DNA of 64,000 bases, from assembly GCA_951406725.2 (NCBI GenBank), contig OX597831.1, forward strand, positions 12,648,001 to 12,712,000, read 5' to 3'. The notes under the pieces were generated by a model. It ran no database searches. It saw only the letters and a program-made list of their open reading frames with translations, and had not been told where the DNA came from. Origin of the DNA: Octopus vulgaris. Lineage: Eukaryota. The position numbers and the translations under genes are program-made. Each line of letters opens with the position of its first letter. The stretch's first letter is position 1. Below are positions 1 through 12,890 of this stretch, one piece after another.

Positions 1-333
1 CCATCCGATCGTGGCCGTTTGCCAGCCTCATCTGGCACCTGTGTCGGTGGCACATAAAAACACCATCCGAGCGTGGCCGTCTGCCAGCCTCGTCTGGCAC
101 TGTGTCGGTGGCACATAAAAAACACCATCCGAGCGTGGCCGTTTGCCAGCCTCGTCTGGCACCTGTGTCGGTGGCACATAAAATCACCCACTACACTCTC
201 GGAGTGGTTGGCGTTAGGAAGGGCATCCAGCTGTAGAAACACTGCCAGATCTGACTGGACTGGTGCAGCTTTCGGGCTCCCCAGACCCCAGTTGAACCGT
301 CCAACCCATGCTAGCATGGAAAGCGGACGTTAA

Positions 334-366
<33 letters not shown>
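1..366 (+). mobile_element. SINE (family A) 3' part with internal ~62-bp tandem repeats and (TGA)n tail
   Basis: Three ~62-bp units at 1-183, then GGTTGGCGTTAGGAAGGGCATCCAGCTGTAGAAAC...CCAACCCATGCTAGCATGGAAAGCGGACGTTAAA and (TGA)n. The same 3' end recurs at ~6606-6757(-), 7728-7985(-), 29385-29570(-), 35380-35603(+), 36820-36993(+) and 41995-42260(-). Confidence 0.85.
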
Positions 367-663
367 TAACAAGTTATAAGGATAATAAAATTCTAATAAG
401 ATTGTAATAATATATTTTATGTTTTTCCTTTTTTTCTTTTGCTTTTCAAATTTTTATGAAGAGAGTGTTACCCACAAGATGTCTTTTGCAGGGCTTGCAG
501 TATAGTGAAGAAAAAGAAGAAACCACAATTCATAAATTGCATCAGTGAGCAATGCTTCAGGATATCTTCTATAATCTCAAGATACAGTTCTATGTTTAAG
601 AAATGAGGAATTGTGTACATTATTTACATTTGAAGGATAATTTTCCTCATCTTGTTTGTTGTT

Positions 664-709
664 AACAGAATGTTTCAGTTGATATACCCTCCAGTCTTCA
701 TCAGGTATC
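664..709 (-). ncRNA. Hammerhead motif, degenerate copy (family 1)
   Basis: Reverse complement GATAC-CTGATGA-A-GACTG-GAGGGTATAT-CAACT-GAAA-CATT-CTGTT. Confidence 0.6.
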
Positions 710-767
710 TTGGGGAAATTTTGAACCTGGGTTCTCATTCTTAAGGTATTTTTCGATGTTGTTGTTG

Positions 768-840
<73 letters not shown>

Positions 841-845
<5 letters not shown>

Positions 846-908
846 TCACTGCCTGGAATTGAACTTGGAATCTTGGGGTTAGTAGCCTGTGCTCTTAACC
901 ACTATGCC
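841..908 (-). promoter_or_regulatory. tRNA-derived head (Pol III A/B boxes) of the family 1 element
   Basis: Reverse complement GGCATAGTGGTTAAGAGC...CTACTAA...CCAAGTTCAATTCCAGG has a D-arm/A box, an anticodon-like loop and a T-arm/B box. The plus arm keeps TTCGATTCC at 913-921. Confidence 0.7.
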
Positions 909-930
909 TGAATTCGATTCCAGGCAGTCA

Positions 931-977
<47 letters not shown>

Positions 978-1039
978 GTAATAATAATAACATTGAAAAA
1001 TACCTTAGGAATGAGAACCCAGGTTTGAAACTTCCCCAA

Positions 1040-1085
1040 GACACCTGATGAAGGCTGGTGGGTATATCAGCTGAAACATTGTGTT
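1040..1085 (+). ncRNA. Minimal type-I hammerhead ribozyme motif (CpG-decayed)
   Basis: GACAC-CTGATGA-A-GGCTG-GTGGGTATAT-CAGCT-GAAA-C-ATT-GTGTT: stem I GACAC/GTGTT, core CUGAUGA, stem II GGCTG/CAGCT, then GAAA. Confidence 0.75.
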
Positions 1086-1366
1086 AACAACAAACACGAT
1101 GAGGACAAATATCTGTCAAATGTAAATAATGTAATCTCAAGTTGATCTTAGACTTGTAAAGAAAACTGGTTTGACAAAAATTGAGTAGCAGTCTGTCTCA
1201 GTTTAACCTCGAAGAAGCAGTTCACTTGTTGCTTCTTTCTTTTACCAGTCTTTGAGAAGATCAAAAAAAAAAAAAAAATCAAGGAAAACAAAATTCAAGG
1301 GCAATGCTCTTCTTTCTTTGAAGAAAAGATTTTTTTATTTTTAATTTTATGTTTCAAGTTCAACTG

Positions 1367-1410
<44 letters not shown>

Positions 1411-2819
1411 GATGTGTTTAAAAATAACTTAAGAGAACTCTTTTAGAAGACAATTTCAGATAATGTTGCTGCATGCAGTGATATAAGCTTTCTTGTTGCG
1501 ACTATTAGTCATTTTATTGTAAGGAATCGGAAAGAAAATGGTGAGTAACCAATTAACATTAAAGCAGAGATTTCTTTGTTCTGTGTAGATGGGGGAAAAA
1601 ATAACAAAAAGAAATACAACAGAAAATAAGAAACTACTTAGGAGCAATTAGCTTTGACCTCTGCAACCAAAGCAATCTCCCACTGCTTCTGATATTATTG
1701 CTGACTTTCAGTCTTATTGTTGGTGTATGCGTACACCCACACACACACGTATATCTATACATACATACATACATACACACAGACACACATTAATTTTCTT
1801 TTTTGAAATCATATAGACATTTTTCAATTCATGTAGCCTATTTTCAGTAGGTCTTTGATAATGGTTCTTTTACCAAAAATTTAGCATAAAATTCTATGAG
1901 CGAATCAACAGCTGAATAATGCTATATTTAAGCGACTTTATATTTAAATCTATATGATATAAGATGGAAATCGAGTTTGAAAGGAAATAGGAAATAAATA
2001 AAAACAAAACGGTATTATTTTATGACTCTGGAAATGAAATGACAGAAATTTATGTAAGATCATGTTATAGCTTTGGTATAGATAAAACTTAGAAAGCAGA
2101 ATATCAAAATCTGTAATCTCACAATAGACACAATATATTCTTTATAGAATTCATGTATTTAAAGATTAAACAATTGTAGCAGTTTACTAGGAAACTGTGC
2201 ACTTTCTATTTAAGTAAGTAGACACAAAATTTAATTTGACTTTGACAAGTTAAAATGTCAATAAATATTGAAAGCAAAATACACTACAGAAAATGCTCCA
2301 TAAACTATACACACACACACACAAAATATATCTAGAATCTGGAATGCTGAACCAATGATGTAATAAAATTCCTCTCATATTTACTCCTTTATTTAAGGTG
2401 GTGGGAATGATATAATTCAATATAGTTGTTCTACAGATCTCTAAAAGCTGGCAGCGTCAGTATTGTAACATCTTTGATTACATGGTGAGATTGTTTAATC
2501 AAAATGCTGAACAACAGCAACAACAGAAATGAATAAAAATATTCTTTTCTACTTTAGGCACAAGGCCCGAAATTTTTAGGGAGGAGGCCAGTCAATTAGA
2601 TTACCCCCAACTGAGAGCTAATTTATTGACCCCGAAAGGATGAAAGGCAAAGTTGAACTTGTCAGAATTTGAACTCAGACTGTAAAGACAGACAAAATAC
2701 CGCTAAGCTTTTCAGCCGGCATGCTAATGTTTCTGCCAGCTCACCGCCTTAACATGAATAAAAATCTCCTTTGAATCAGACCAATATTATCTTCAATTAA
2801 TAAAAACAAAGGTTGCACA

Positions 2820-3180
2820 GATGCAGGAATGGCTGTATGGTTAAGAAGGTTGCTTCCCAACCATGTGCTCACAGATTTAGTTCCACCATGTGGAACCTTG
2901 GGCAAGTGTGCTTAACTAATAATCTCAGGCTAACCAGACCCTTATGGGAGGATTTGGTAGAAGGAAACTGAAAGAAGCCCATTGTGTATATATGTGTGTG
3001 TGTTGACAACTGGTGTTGATTTGTTTATGATCCTGTAACTTAGCAGTTTGGCAAAAGAGTAGATAGAATAGGTACCAGGTTTAAAAAGTACTGTGGTTGA
3101 TTTATTTGACAAAACCCTTCTACCCTATATCCCTGCATGGCTGCAGTCTAATGACTGAAACAAGTAAATGATAAAAGATA
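2820..3180 (+). mobile_element. tRNA-derived SINE (family B)
   Basis: Head GCAGGAATGGCTGTATGGTTAAGAAG..., body GGATTTGGTAGAAGGAAACTGAAAGAAGCCC, a microsatellite, and a tail ending GACTGAAACAAGTAAA. Further copies at ~25483-25898, 40287-40655, 49655-50010, 54650-54878 and 55622-56148. Confidence 0.8.
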
Positions 3181-3199
3181 GGATAATGTAATCCTTGAT

Positions 3200-3405
3200 T
3201 ACATTATTTATATTTGACAGATATTTGTTCTCATCTTGTTTGTTGTTAATACAACATTTCGGTTGATATACCCTCCAGCCTTCATCAGTTGTCTTGGGGA
3301 GAACCTGGGTTCTCATTCCTAAGGTATGTTTTGATGTTATATCCATCAAATGTAAATAATGTAAAAAATGTACATAATTCCTTATCTCTTAAATATAGAA
3401 CTGTA
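3200..3405. mobile_element. Second inverted family 1 insertion, hammerhead at ~3248-3293 (-)
   Basis: Minus arm ~3200-3340 carries CTGATGA-A-GGCTG-GAGGGTATAT-CAACC-GAAA-TGTT-GTATT. Short plus arm ~3340-3405. TSD TAATCCTTGATTA at 3189-3201 and 3406-3418. Confidence 0.85.
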
Positions 3406-6400
3406 TAATCCTTGATTAGCTATCGTAAATCAATGAAATAGCCTCTATGTGATCACATGACCCACACCCGCCAAAATAAATATCATTCAAACGATCTTAA
3501 AAGAGGAAGGAATCACTAGATGATGTAGTCCAGAGACAGGAAGGCCACAGCTAGAATGCATTTGATTATAAGTCAACACAAGGTTGACTTAAGCTGATGG
3601 CTAATTAAGAACAGCAACAGATTTGCTGCTATCATTAAGCAAGTGCTGAGCTTAGATATTCTGAAGAGTAGAATACTGAATAGACAGTGAAATAAGGAAA
3701 AAAAAGTACATTTTTATCTTTAGAACAATTACAAGCAAGATCAGTGAAAACTATGGATTTGCAAAAAATAACTGTTATAAGTTTTTTTTTTTTTTTAAAC
3801 TTCTAAAGATAGGCAAAATAAGAAAATGCAATCTGAAACTTAGCTTCATTTCAATTATGTGTGTGTATAAGAGCAACGTTAAAAATGTATTAATTCAAAA
3901 GATTCTCCAGATTAGATTAAAATAATTCAGAAGTTAATTTTATTTTTAGCTGAAAATATGAATCACAAAATATAAGAAAATATTATGAACTGTCTATGAG
4001 GAAACACACACACATACACAATTAAAAACAATAAATATTTTATTCATTTGTCTTTATCTTCAATATGAAAACATGTTTAATTAGTCATTTGCTGTCTCAC
4101 TCATACTTATTGATTCATAAAGTGAGATTGTTAGTAGCATTAAAAGGAGCTGAAGAAAGAGGAAACCAAGCTTCAGATTAAAGACTGAGATCTGAGAATC
4201 ACTATGTTGTTATATTTAAATTCACTCACTATGTCAACAGAAAAAGAATAAACAACAAAAATACACAAAGAACAAAACAAATAAATAAAATTGGTTATGG
4301 AAATATAAAATAAACAAAATAATAAATCTATTAAAAAAATTAGTTTAAAGTAACAAGATATAAGGTAAATGTAAATGTATAGCAAACAGGTGTGAACAGT
4401 TTGTTAAATGTTCTATGTGATTGTGAAACTAAATAAACATTATATCACTACAACTGTTGGGTAATTTTTGCCTGCTTCTGATATATTTAACAGTTTACAT
4501 CTATAAGAGATGCTTTATCAATATGAATACTGCAGTTTAGGAAGCTTTCAACAGTATAATGCTTTAAGTATGATGTGCAGATCACTAATTTGAACAAATA
4601 TTACTTTTGTTGCTAATAACAAACATCATATTTTATATATTCATTTAATTTGCATATGACATAGTAATTTAAGGGCAGTCTCATTATCATTTTCAAAATG
4701 TTCAAGAATGGTCAGAGGAAGAGAAGCAGTTATCCTCTGACCAGAGGGTAACCTGCTTTGAATGCTTACAACAGAATAGAATCTGCTATAAACAGCCATA
4801 GTCCAGATGGGGGAAATCAAACCAGGAACAGAATTAAGTAGACCAGTCAAGAACAGGAAGTGTCCCACTGACATGCTTCCACATAGTTTCTGCCTACCAA
4901 AATCACTCACAAGGCTTTGGCTGAGTTGTAGCTAGAGTAGAAAACATGCTAAACTGTGTCACTCATTGACATTGACCTCAAAACTGCCAAGCCAACACCC
5001 ACACACTAAAATTCATCAGAGCAGCAACTATCTAATAAAAGATTATTGATTAGGTAAGATAATCTTACATGCTATTGAGCTTAGAGATGTTTTGGTTTCA
5101 GTTCTTCAGAGTTTGCAAAAACATGTCATGCAATACAGTTGAAGTTTAAGATAAAAATATAAGTTGCAAGAATATAAGGCTGTATGGTTAAGAAGTTTAC
5201 TTCTAAATTATGTGATTTTGAGTTCACTTCTACTGTGTGGCACCTTGGGGTAAGAGTATCCCGCTGTAACTTTGGATCAACCACAATCTTGTCAGTGAAT
5301 TTGGTGGACATACACACACACACACACACGTGTGTGTGTGTATGGTTATGTATGTGAGTGTGTATGTATGTGTGTATGTATGTATGTATATATATATTTT
5401 ATGCTACCATGGGTTGAATACTTCAACAAGATCTGATGAGAGAGAGAGAGAGAGAGAGAGAGGGGGGAGATGCCTACAGTGTAGGTTTATGGATGTGAAT
5501 GGTTGTGCTTGTGTTTCCTTGTCTTGACATTGTGCAATAATTGCAAATGAATATCACCATCACTCAAGCAGTGTCATTCATTCTCAGTCGTCTGTGGAGA
5601 CTTGTCTGACCATGGGGGGGGGGACTTTCTCTTGCTTAGAAACAAGTGAGTGTTAGTAACATGAGGACCATCTGGCAATAGAAGACCAGCTTCAACAAAT
5701 TCTGTCTGACCCATGCAGGTATAAAAAAAATTGGACATTAAAACGATGATGAAGACGAATCTACTTGATTAAAAAGCTCTATGATAAAAGGTATTCCGGT
5801 CATGACCATCTCACCTTAAATATCTAGGATTAAAATATCCAATATATATTTTCCATTTTAGAAGATACAGTTTGGGGAAAATTCAGTTGCAGTTTCTACC
5901 AGATTATGTGACCACATATAATCTCCCTCTTGTCTGGATTTGCTTTGTTAGATAATTCATTTACGCAAATGGGAATCACTTAGATTAATTTGATGGTCAG
6001 GCTTTGTATAATAATGAACTATCATAAGTCAGCCTAAACTAAATTACTCTCCTGAATATAGTTATGATTGAACTAAGTGAAGCTTGACAGGACAGATATA
6101 GCATGTGTTGCTTGTTTATACAATACATTCTCTCTGAAACAACTTCTTTCCTTTCATAACTCATTCTTTCTCTCCAATACAAGTATTAATACTGTATTTC
6201 TTTCTCTCTCTCTCTCATGTGTATGTGTATGTGGAATCAACCATCAGGATTCAGTTTCATTGGGTAATATCAATCTAACTATAATATACCAATGGTAGAT
6301 TTTAGTGGAACATTACTCATAACCATTTTCCTTTCAGTTGGATAGATAGTGCTCTTCTAAACAATTGGTGCTGACATGGCTTTGTATGGTTAAGAAGTTC

Positions 6401-8837
6401 ACTTTACAACTTCAGGGTTCCAGACTCAATTCTCACTTTGTCGTCTCTTGGATAAGTATCTTCTGTCCTAGCCTTATGCCAGCACACACAGTGAGATTTG
6501 ATAGGCAGAAACTGTAGCAGTCCATCATATATATATATATTAGAAATTTCAAGAGACAAGAAATAATTTTAACAGTGCAATTTAAAGTGGATAAAGCTAT
6601 AAATAATATCATCATCATTCATCATCATTCAATGTCCATTTTCCGTGCTAGCATGGGTTGGACGGTTCGACTGGGGTCTGGGAAGCCAGGAAGCTGCACC
6701 AGGCTCCAGTCTGATCTGGCAGTGCTTCTACAGCTGGATGCCCTTCCTAACACCAATACGTGTGTGTGTGTGCATGCGTGCAGGAGTGTTTGTCTCCCTA
6801 TTTGACATCATGCAGTATCTCTTGTTTCTAGTCTTTTGTGAAAATATCCACTATCATCTTGCTTGGAAACTGGTAAGATTTGAGAAGAAATGCATTTGGT
6901 CATACAAAAAGAAAAAAAGAAATGTACCTCAACAAATTCTGTCAGATCCATGCAAGCAATGAAAAGTGGACGTTAAAATGATGATGGTGTCAAATCTGAT
7001 AGTGTCTTAACTAGTAGATGGAAACTGAGAAAAAGCCAGTCATACAAAAAGCCAGTCATACAAATGCTTGTGGGTATAAGTGGATGTGTGGAGGTGTATG
7101 GCTTAGTGGTTAGGGTGTTGGAATCTTGATTCTAAGATTGTGGTTTTGATTCTTGGACTGGGTGAGCTGATGTGTTCTTGAGTGAAGAACAGCATTTTTT
7201 CTACTGCTCCAGTCCACACAGCAGGTAAAAATGAGCAATCCTGTGATGACCTCGCATCCCATCCAGGAAGGAATATTTATGCTAGAGAAACCAGCCCTTT
7301 ACTCCTTACAGAGTAATGTGGACTAACCATAAGTGCATATGTGTGTGTGTTTTTTTCTTCCATGTGCTCTCATTAACACTAAATGGAAAAATGGTATTTG
7401 CTTACATTCTCCAGTAAACAGAAGTATTACAGATTCAGTTTTTGGTATATGAAGACCAGTAGTTGAAAAACAAAAACAAAGCAAACAATAAAAATACCTT
7501 ATTTAGAAAATAGATAAGGGTTGGTAAGATGAAGAGCTTCTGGTCACAGAAAATCTGCTTCGGTAAGTTTCATCTAACCCAAGCCAGTATGAAAAAGCAG
7601 ACAATACCTTACCATTCTCAATCAAAAATGCAGTGAATCAGTGACAGGCTCACTGGAAATCTTTAACCAATGATGTAAATGTTCACCAAATATGTGATAT
7701 TAAATAAATATATAAAAAAAATTAATACATCATCATCATCATCATCATTTAACGTCTGCTTTCCATGCTGGCCTGGGTTGGACGGTTCAACTGGGGTCTG
7801 TGAAGCCAGAAGGCTGCACCAGGCCCAGTCTGATCTGGCAGTGTTTCTACAGCTGGATGCCCTTCCTAACGCCAACCACTCCGTGAGTGTAGTGGGTGCT
7901 TTTTACGTGCCACCGACACAGGCGCCAGACGGGGCTGGCAAACGGCCACGGACGGATGGTGCTTTTTACGTGCCACTGGCACAGGGGTCAACCTCATTAG
8001 AGTTCGCTACATAATGCTTCTAATTAAAACAAAAGTAGTCTAGAAAGTGTTTGTAAATCTACATCTTTTTTTTTAGATTTAATTATTTCACAGTAGTACT
8101 CACAATTTCATGCACTTTCACATAATGCCAATGACCTTGTTTTGTATGCACGTGTGTGTGTGTGTGTGTGTATATATATCATGATCATTATATATATATA
8201 TATATATGTGTTGCCCCAACCATTACTTGCAGTGAATGTTTTTTCACATTTGCTTTTTTTCTTATCTTTGTCTTAAAAATAGATAATACTTTTGCACAAA
8301 TAACTGCTTGCGTAATAGATATGTTTAATTTTGCGTTTGATCAGTTATCTATGTTAATAAAAGGATTTCTATGTAAGAAATAAAGTTGACTGCTTCTAAA
8401 TTGCATACTGCTGGAGATTGCAGGCAGTACACATGTTTAATTTCATTCAAAAACGTTTTCTTTATCCATTAACATAGTTGCAGGCATGGCTGTGTTGTAA
8501 GAAGATTGTTTCTCAACCATATCACATTGGGCCCGGTCCCACTGTGTGGCACCTTTGGCAAGGGTCTTTTAGCACAGCTTTGGACTGACCAAAGCCTGTG
8601 AATCGATTTGCTGATTCAGTGGAAACTGAAACAAGATTCTTGCATGTATGTGTGTTTTCCAAAATGAAGACAAACACCTTTCTCCATGTGATCAGCTTGA
8701 AAAATTAAGATACTAGGATATTTTCCTACATTTCTAAATATGAAACCAATGGTAGCGTTAATTCACAAATAAAGTATATCTACCAATGCAGTGCTGAAGA
8801 CTCTCATTTTCATTGTTTCACATTTACACACACACAC

Positions 8838-9150
8838 GATGGACTCTCCGGTCGGATTCGACATGTGAGGCTCCAACAATGTACTCTTTCTTTGTCAGTC
8901 ACAATGCTTATGTTGAATGCGACATTTAAGTCCTGCCAACGATTAACAAAGAAGGCCACAGATGTTGCAAGTATAAGGATTACAGGTCAGTGCAGGTGGT
9001 ATACATGAAGCCACTTTTCTCCTTTGCCTTGCACCCTGGAGCCTGTTAATGCTGGTTGCAACAAAGTTTTTAATACCATTTTGACACAACAATCTCCATT
9101 TGTTCATTCCAAGGCTGTTCACTCGAAGGTGTTGTAAGCTATCTTCATTT
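8838..9150 (-). mobile_element. RTE-type LINE 3' remnant with C-terminal zinc-finger-like motif
   Basis: Minus-strand translation ...NKWRLLCQNGIKNF...ARQRRK...YTCNICGLLC*SLAGL matches the WR...G...F...RRK...CxxCG..C.S..GL end typical of RTE ORFs. Confidence 0.6.
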
Positions 9151-12100
9151 CTGAGATATATATATACATACACACTCAGATGTGTATGTGTGTCTTTGTG
9201 TCTGTTTCCCCACTGTTTGATAACTGGTATTGGTTTGTTTACAAACCCACAATTTAGTGGTTCAAGTAAGAGACAGAGAATAAATATCTGATTTTGAAAG
9301 TACTGAAGTCAATTTATTTGATAAAAATCTGTCAAGAAAAGAGCTCCAGCATGGTACTATCTACTGATTGAAACTAGTCATCATCATCATAGTTTAACAT
9401 CCACTATGTGGCATGGGTTGGATGATTTGATAGGAGCTGGCAAACTGGAGAGCTGTCCAGAAGATAAAAAATTAAAATCATAGGCACAATCAACAGACCA
9501 TAAGAAAAATCTTAAAGTAAAATCTTTCTCAGCTTTACATTCATCTTGTTCTCATGTTTTTTCCTGAAGTTTATTGCATTTTCATTTCTCTGTTATTAAT
9601 AGCATTCATCATTGCACTATCCATTTTGGGGTGAACTAATTCAAAAGTTTGACAAAGAAAGAGTAGCAGAGAGACTATGAACATGGTCAGAGAACACAAC
9701 ATCAACAAGAAAACTAACTAAATAAATGAACAAACACTCACATGAACATTATCGGTGTGCGATGCGGAAATTGAACATTTAAAGCATTCATTATGAATGT
9801 TAAGCATTTATTTTATGCAATTAACTATTAAATTTTTATTTTTATAATTTAAAAAAAATATATCGCTAAAGCTGTGGCAATCATTAAAAAGAGAGCTCAT
9901 TAACAAAGATGGTTATACATGATTGAAGACCCATAAGGAGATCCACAGGAAGACTCTGGATCATCAATTCTAAAATTTTAAATTAGATAATTACGTGATC
10001 GATTTCCATGAAAGAATGAATAGCCAGAATGAAACACTGTACAAAGGGAACCAAAAGTCAACAAAGGACATTTATATGGTTCCATGAGCTGCCAGAAATA
10101 GTAGCAAAATCTCCCTCAAATTATACCCTACCTCTATTTTCTTTCTAATTTTTTGCTGTAGGTGTATACAGAAATTTGTTAATGTACAGCTTTTGTGTTT
10201 CTTTGCAAAATAGGTGTATAATCCATGTGAGTAAACACTCCCAAATTTCTTTAGTCAAAAAAATAATTTGATTTAAATGGAAAACCTTGATTAGGTGTAT
10301 AAGTTCACGGCTTACAGCAAACACTTCTTTATATCCCTACAAAAAGGAGAGGACTTGTTAGATAATGTAAGCCAACATATTCTAGAGACAAGATCATCAT
10401 GGCTGCTGTGACTTTGTTCAATGACGTACTCAACCAAGGCTGACTTGGGACAGACAGATGGGCAAGTGTGTGAGGTTGCATGTGTGCATAAGTATTTAAT
10501 TAGAAAAGGAAGAAGAGATTCTTCAAAATAATGGTTTTTGATTTAGATACAAAGCCAACAATTTGAGGGGAGGTTAAGTAGTTGATACCCTACTGACTTT
10601 AGTACTTACTTGACTGGTGCCTTATTTCATTAACCCTGGAGGGATGTAAAATAAAATTAACCTCAGTAGGATTTGAACTTGGAACATAAAGATCCAGAAC
10701 AAATACTGCATAGCATTTTGTCTAACACTCTTAACAATCCTAACAGCTTGTGAATGCCTTAGTAGATTGCATGATGTTCAGAAAAGAGCAATTGAAACAG
10801 AGATCAAACAGTCTGTAATTTCATTCAACTTAGTAATTTATCTGATGATGTTTGTTCTCTTTATATTTCAATCTGTTTGATATCAACCCACTCTTGCTGC
10901 TATGATACATACTTTCTGTCTTAAAGAGATTTGAATTAAAACCTCAAATAATTTATGTTCCAAACACTAGCTTAATAATGACAAAGTTAATTTACTAAAT
11001 TCTTCATAATTTTCAAAGTTGATTGAAACAGCAGGGAATTTCAAAAGACAGAAGGTAACAAAAGGGTTAAATTAATGAGTGGATTTGACAGACAGAAACT
11101 GAAAGAAGCTCATTGTATGTCTGTGTGTATATATGTTTGTGTTGTTTGTACCCCCACCACTACTTAGTAAGTGACATTGGTTTTCTTACATTCCTATAAC
11201 TTAGCTGTTTGGCAAAAGAGACTAATAGCATAAGAACCAAATTTTAAAATAAGTACTGGAGTTGATATGTTCAGCTAAACCCATCAAGGTGATGTCATAG
11301 CATGCCCACAATCCAACGACTGATTCAAATAAAAGATTGGCTAGTATGGTCCACAGCACCATGGATGAAACATTTTTGTACAAATGTCTATCTTGGCAAC
11401 CATTTCTCTTTATGGTTCTTTTACTTTTCTTTTACTCTATTATATAGAGAGTTTAGTGACTTCAGAAGGATAAACGGGTAAAGACTGTTTAAATGAGGTT
11501 GAAGTAACAATTTGAAAGCTCCACAAGGTAAAGCACTATATGGTCATGCAATCTGTTAGAAACGACAGTCAAATTCACATAGAAATATACTCCACCAAAT
11601 TAAAAATGAGGAAAGACACATTCAATAATATAGTTCTTAATAAACCCCAAAACATTCTAGAGATTTCTGGACATAGTAAAATCACAGGTGTAAGATTGTG
11701 ATGCAAAGTTTTTAAACATCCATCCTATGCCTGCATCAATATTTTAAGTGTTTTGAATTTGTTCCCTATTTAGTAACAATACGTTTTGGGAGGATTTTGT
11801 GACTGTAATTTTAATTAACTATCCAGCCTGTGCATTTCAATTAATTTGGAAACAATGCAGAATTTGGAAGGAAATAGTAAGATAAATTACCTTCTCATTA
11901 TAAGCAAGTTTTGGAGCCTAATTGAAATAAATTAAAATTTTGATGGTAGGTGAGTTAATTTGAATACAAATGCATCAGAGAAAGAGGTTTTCTACCATAG
12001 AATCAGAGATAATATCAGGTAGGGTGGAATCAAAAAATGGTTGAATAATGAAGTACAGTTATTTACTGTTCAATGACAGTTAATATATAAAAATACTACC

Positions 12101-12676
12101 AGGAATAATTTATACAAGAAGCAAAGAAATGGTGAATTTATAAATATTCAATTCTAAACTGAAATATTGTTTCATTTGAAAATAGCAAATTGCAAAATAT
12201 AACTAAGTTGCATACTTGTGTAAATAACAGTGCAGCTTAATGATTCTCAAGTATCAGGCTTTTAAAGTTTCATATATTTATTCCTTTAAGGACTGACAGT
12301 TTTACAGAACAACAGTATTCTTGCTGCATTAAGTCAATGAAGGAGCCTCTACAATACCATTCTTTTAGAAATGACTGACAAGCTTCCCTCAAACCATATC
12401 CTACTGTATTTAACAAAATGAAAAAAAAAAAAAATAAAGGTGTATTGGACAATGTAATCCTAGGTAAACTAGTATGCCTTTGATCATAAGTTCTATTAGA
12501 TCAAAGATATCTTGAGGCTAAACACTAACACTACCACCTCCAACATATGGTCATATGACCACATGACACCAATAAAACATTCAGTATTTTTTCCTGCAAT
12601 ATCACTATAATTACATATACATAAGTATTAAGGTCTTGGAGGGTATCATCATCATCATCATTATTATCATTATATA

Positions 12677-12890
12677 AGGTGGTGAGCTGGCAGAATCATT
12701 AGCAAGCTGGGCAAAATGTTTTGTGACATTTGATCTCTCTTTCCATTCTGAGTTCAAATTCTGCCAAGATCGATTTTGCCTTTCATCCTTACAAGGTCAA
12801 TAAAATAAGTACCAGTTGAACACAAGCGTTTATGTCATCAGCTTACCCCCTATCCCGAAATCGTTGGACTTGAGCCAAAATCTGAAACCA
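12677..12890 (+). mobile_element. tRNA-derived SINE (family C, Meta-domain-like core)
   Basis: GGTGGTGAGCTGGCAGAATC...GAGTTCAAATTC...TTTGCCTTTCATCCTT...GGTCAATAAAATAAGTACCAG. Copies at ~2540-2750, 21520-22010, 39581-40285 and 61860-62420. Confidence 0.75.

Larger units (their letters stand above)
582..1133. mobile_element. Inverted pair of a tRNA-headed, hammerhead-bearing (Penelope-type tail) short element, family 1
   Basis: Minus arm 582-908 and plus arm 909-1133 are reverse complements of each other. The pair is flanked by the direct repeat TAATCTCAAG (572-581 and 1132-1141). Confidence 0.85.

Noticed and set aside
1-183. CRISPR-like regular repeat
   Set aside because: Contiguous tandem units without unique spacers, inside a eukaryotic SINE, and no cas genes.
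841-908. Functional tRNA gene (also 56810-56880 and 57072-57135)
   Set aside because: No intact acceptor stem, and each is contiguous with SINE body sequence.
5432-5445. Other isolated CTGATGA/CTGAAGA heptamers
   Set aside because: They lack flanking stem I/II and a correctly placed GAAA, and are expected by chance.
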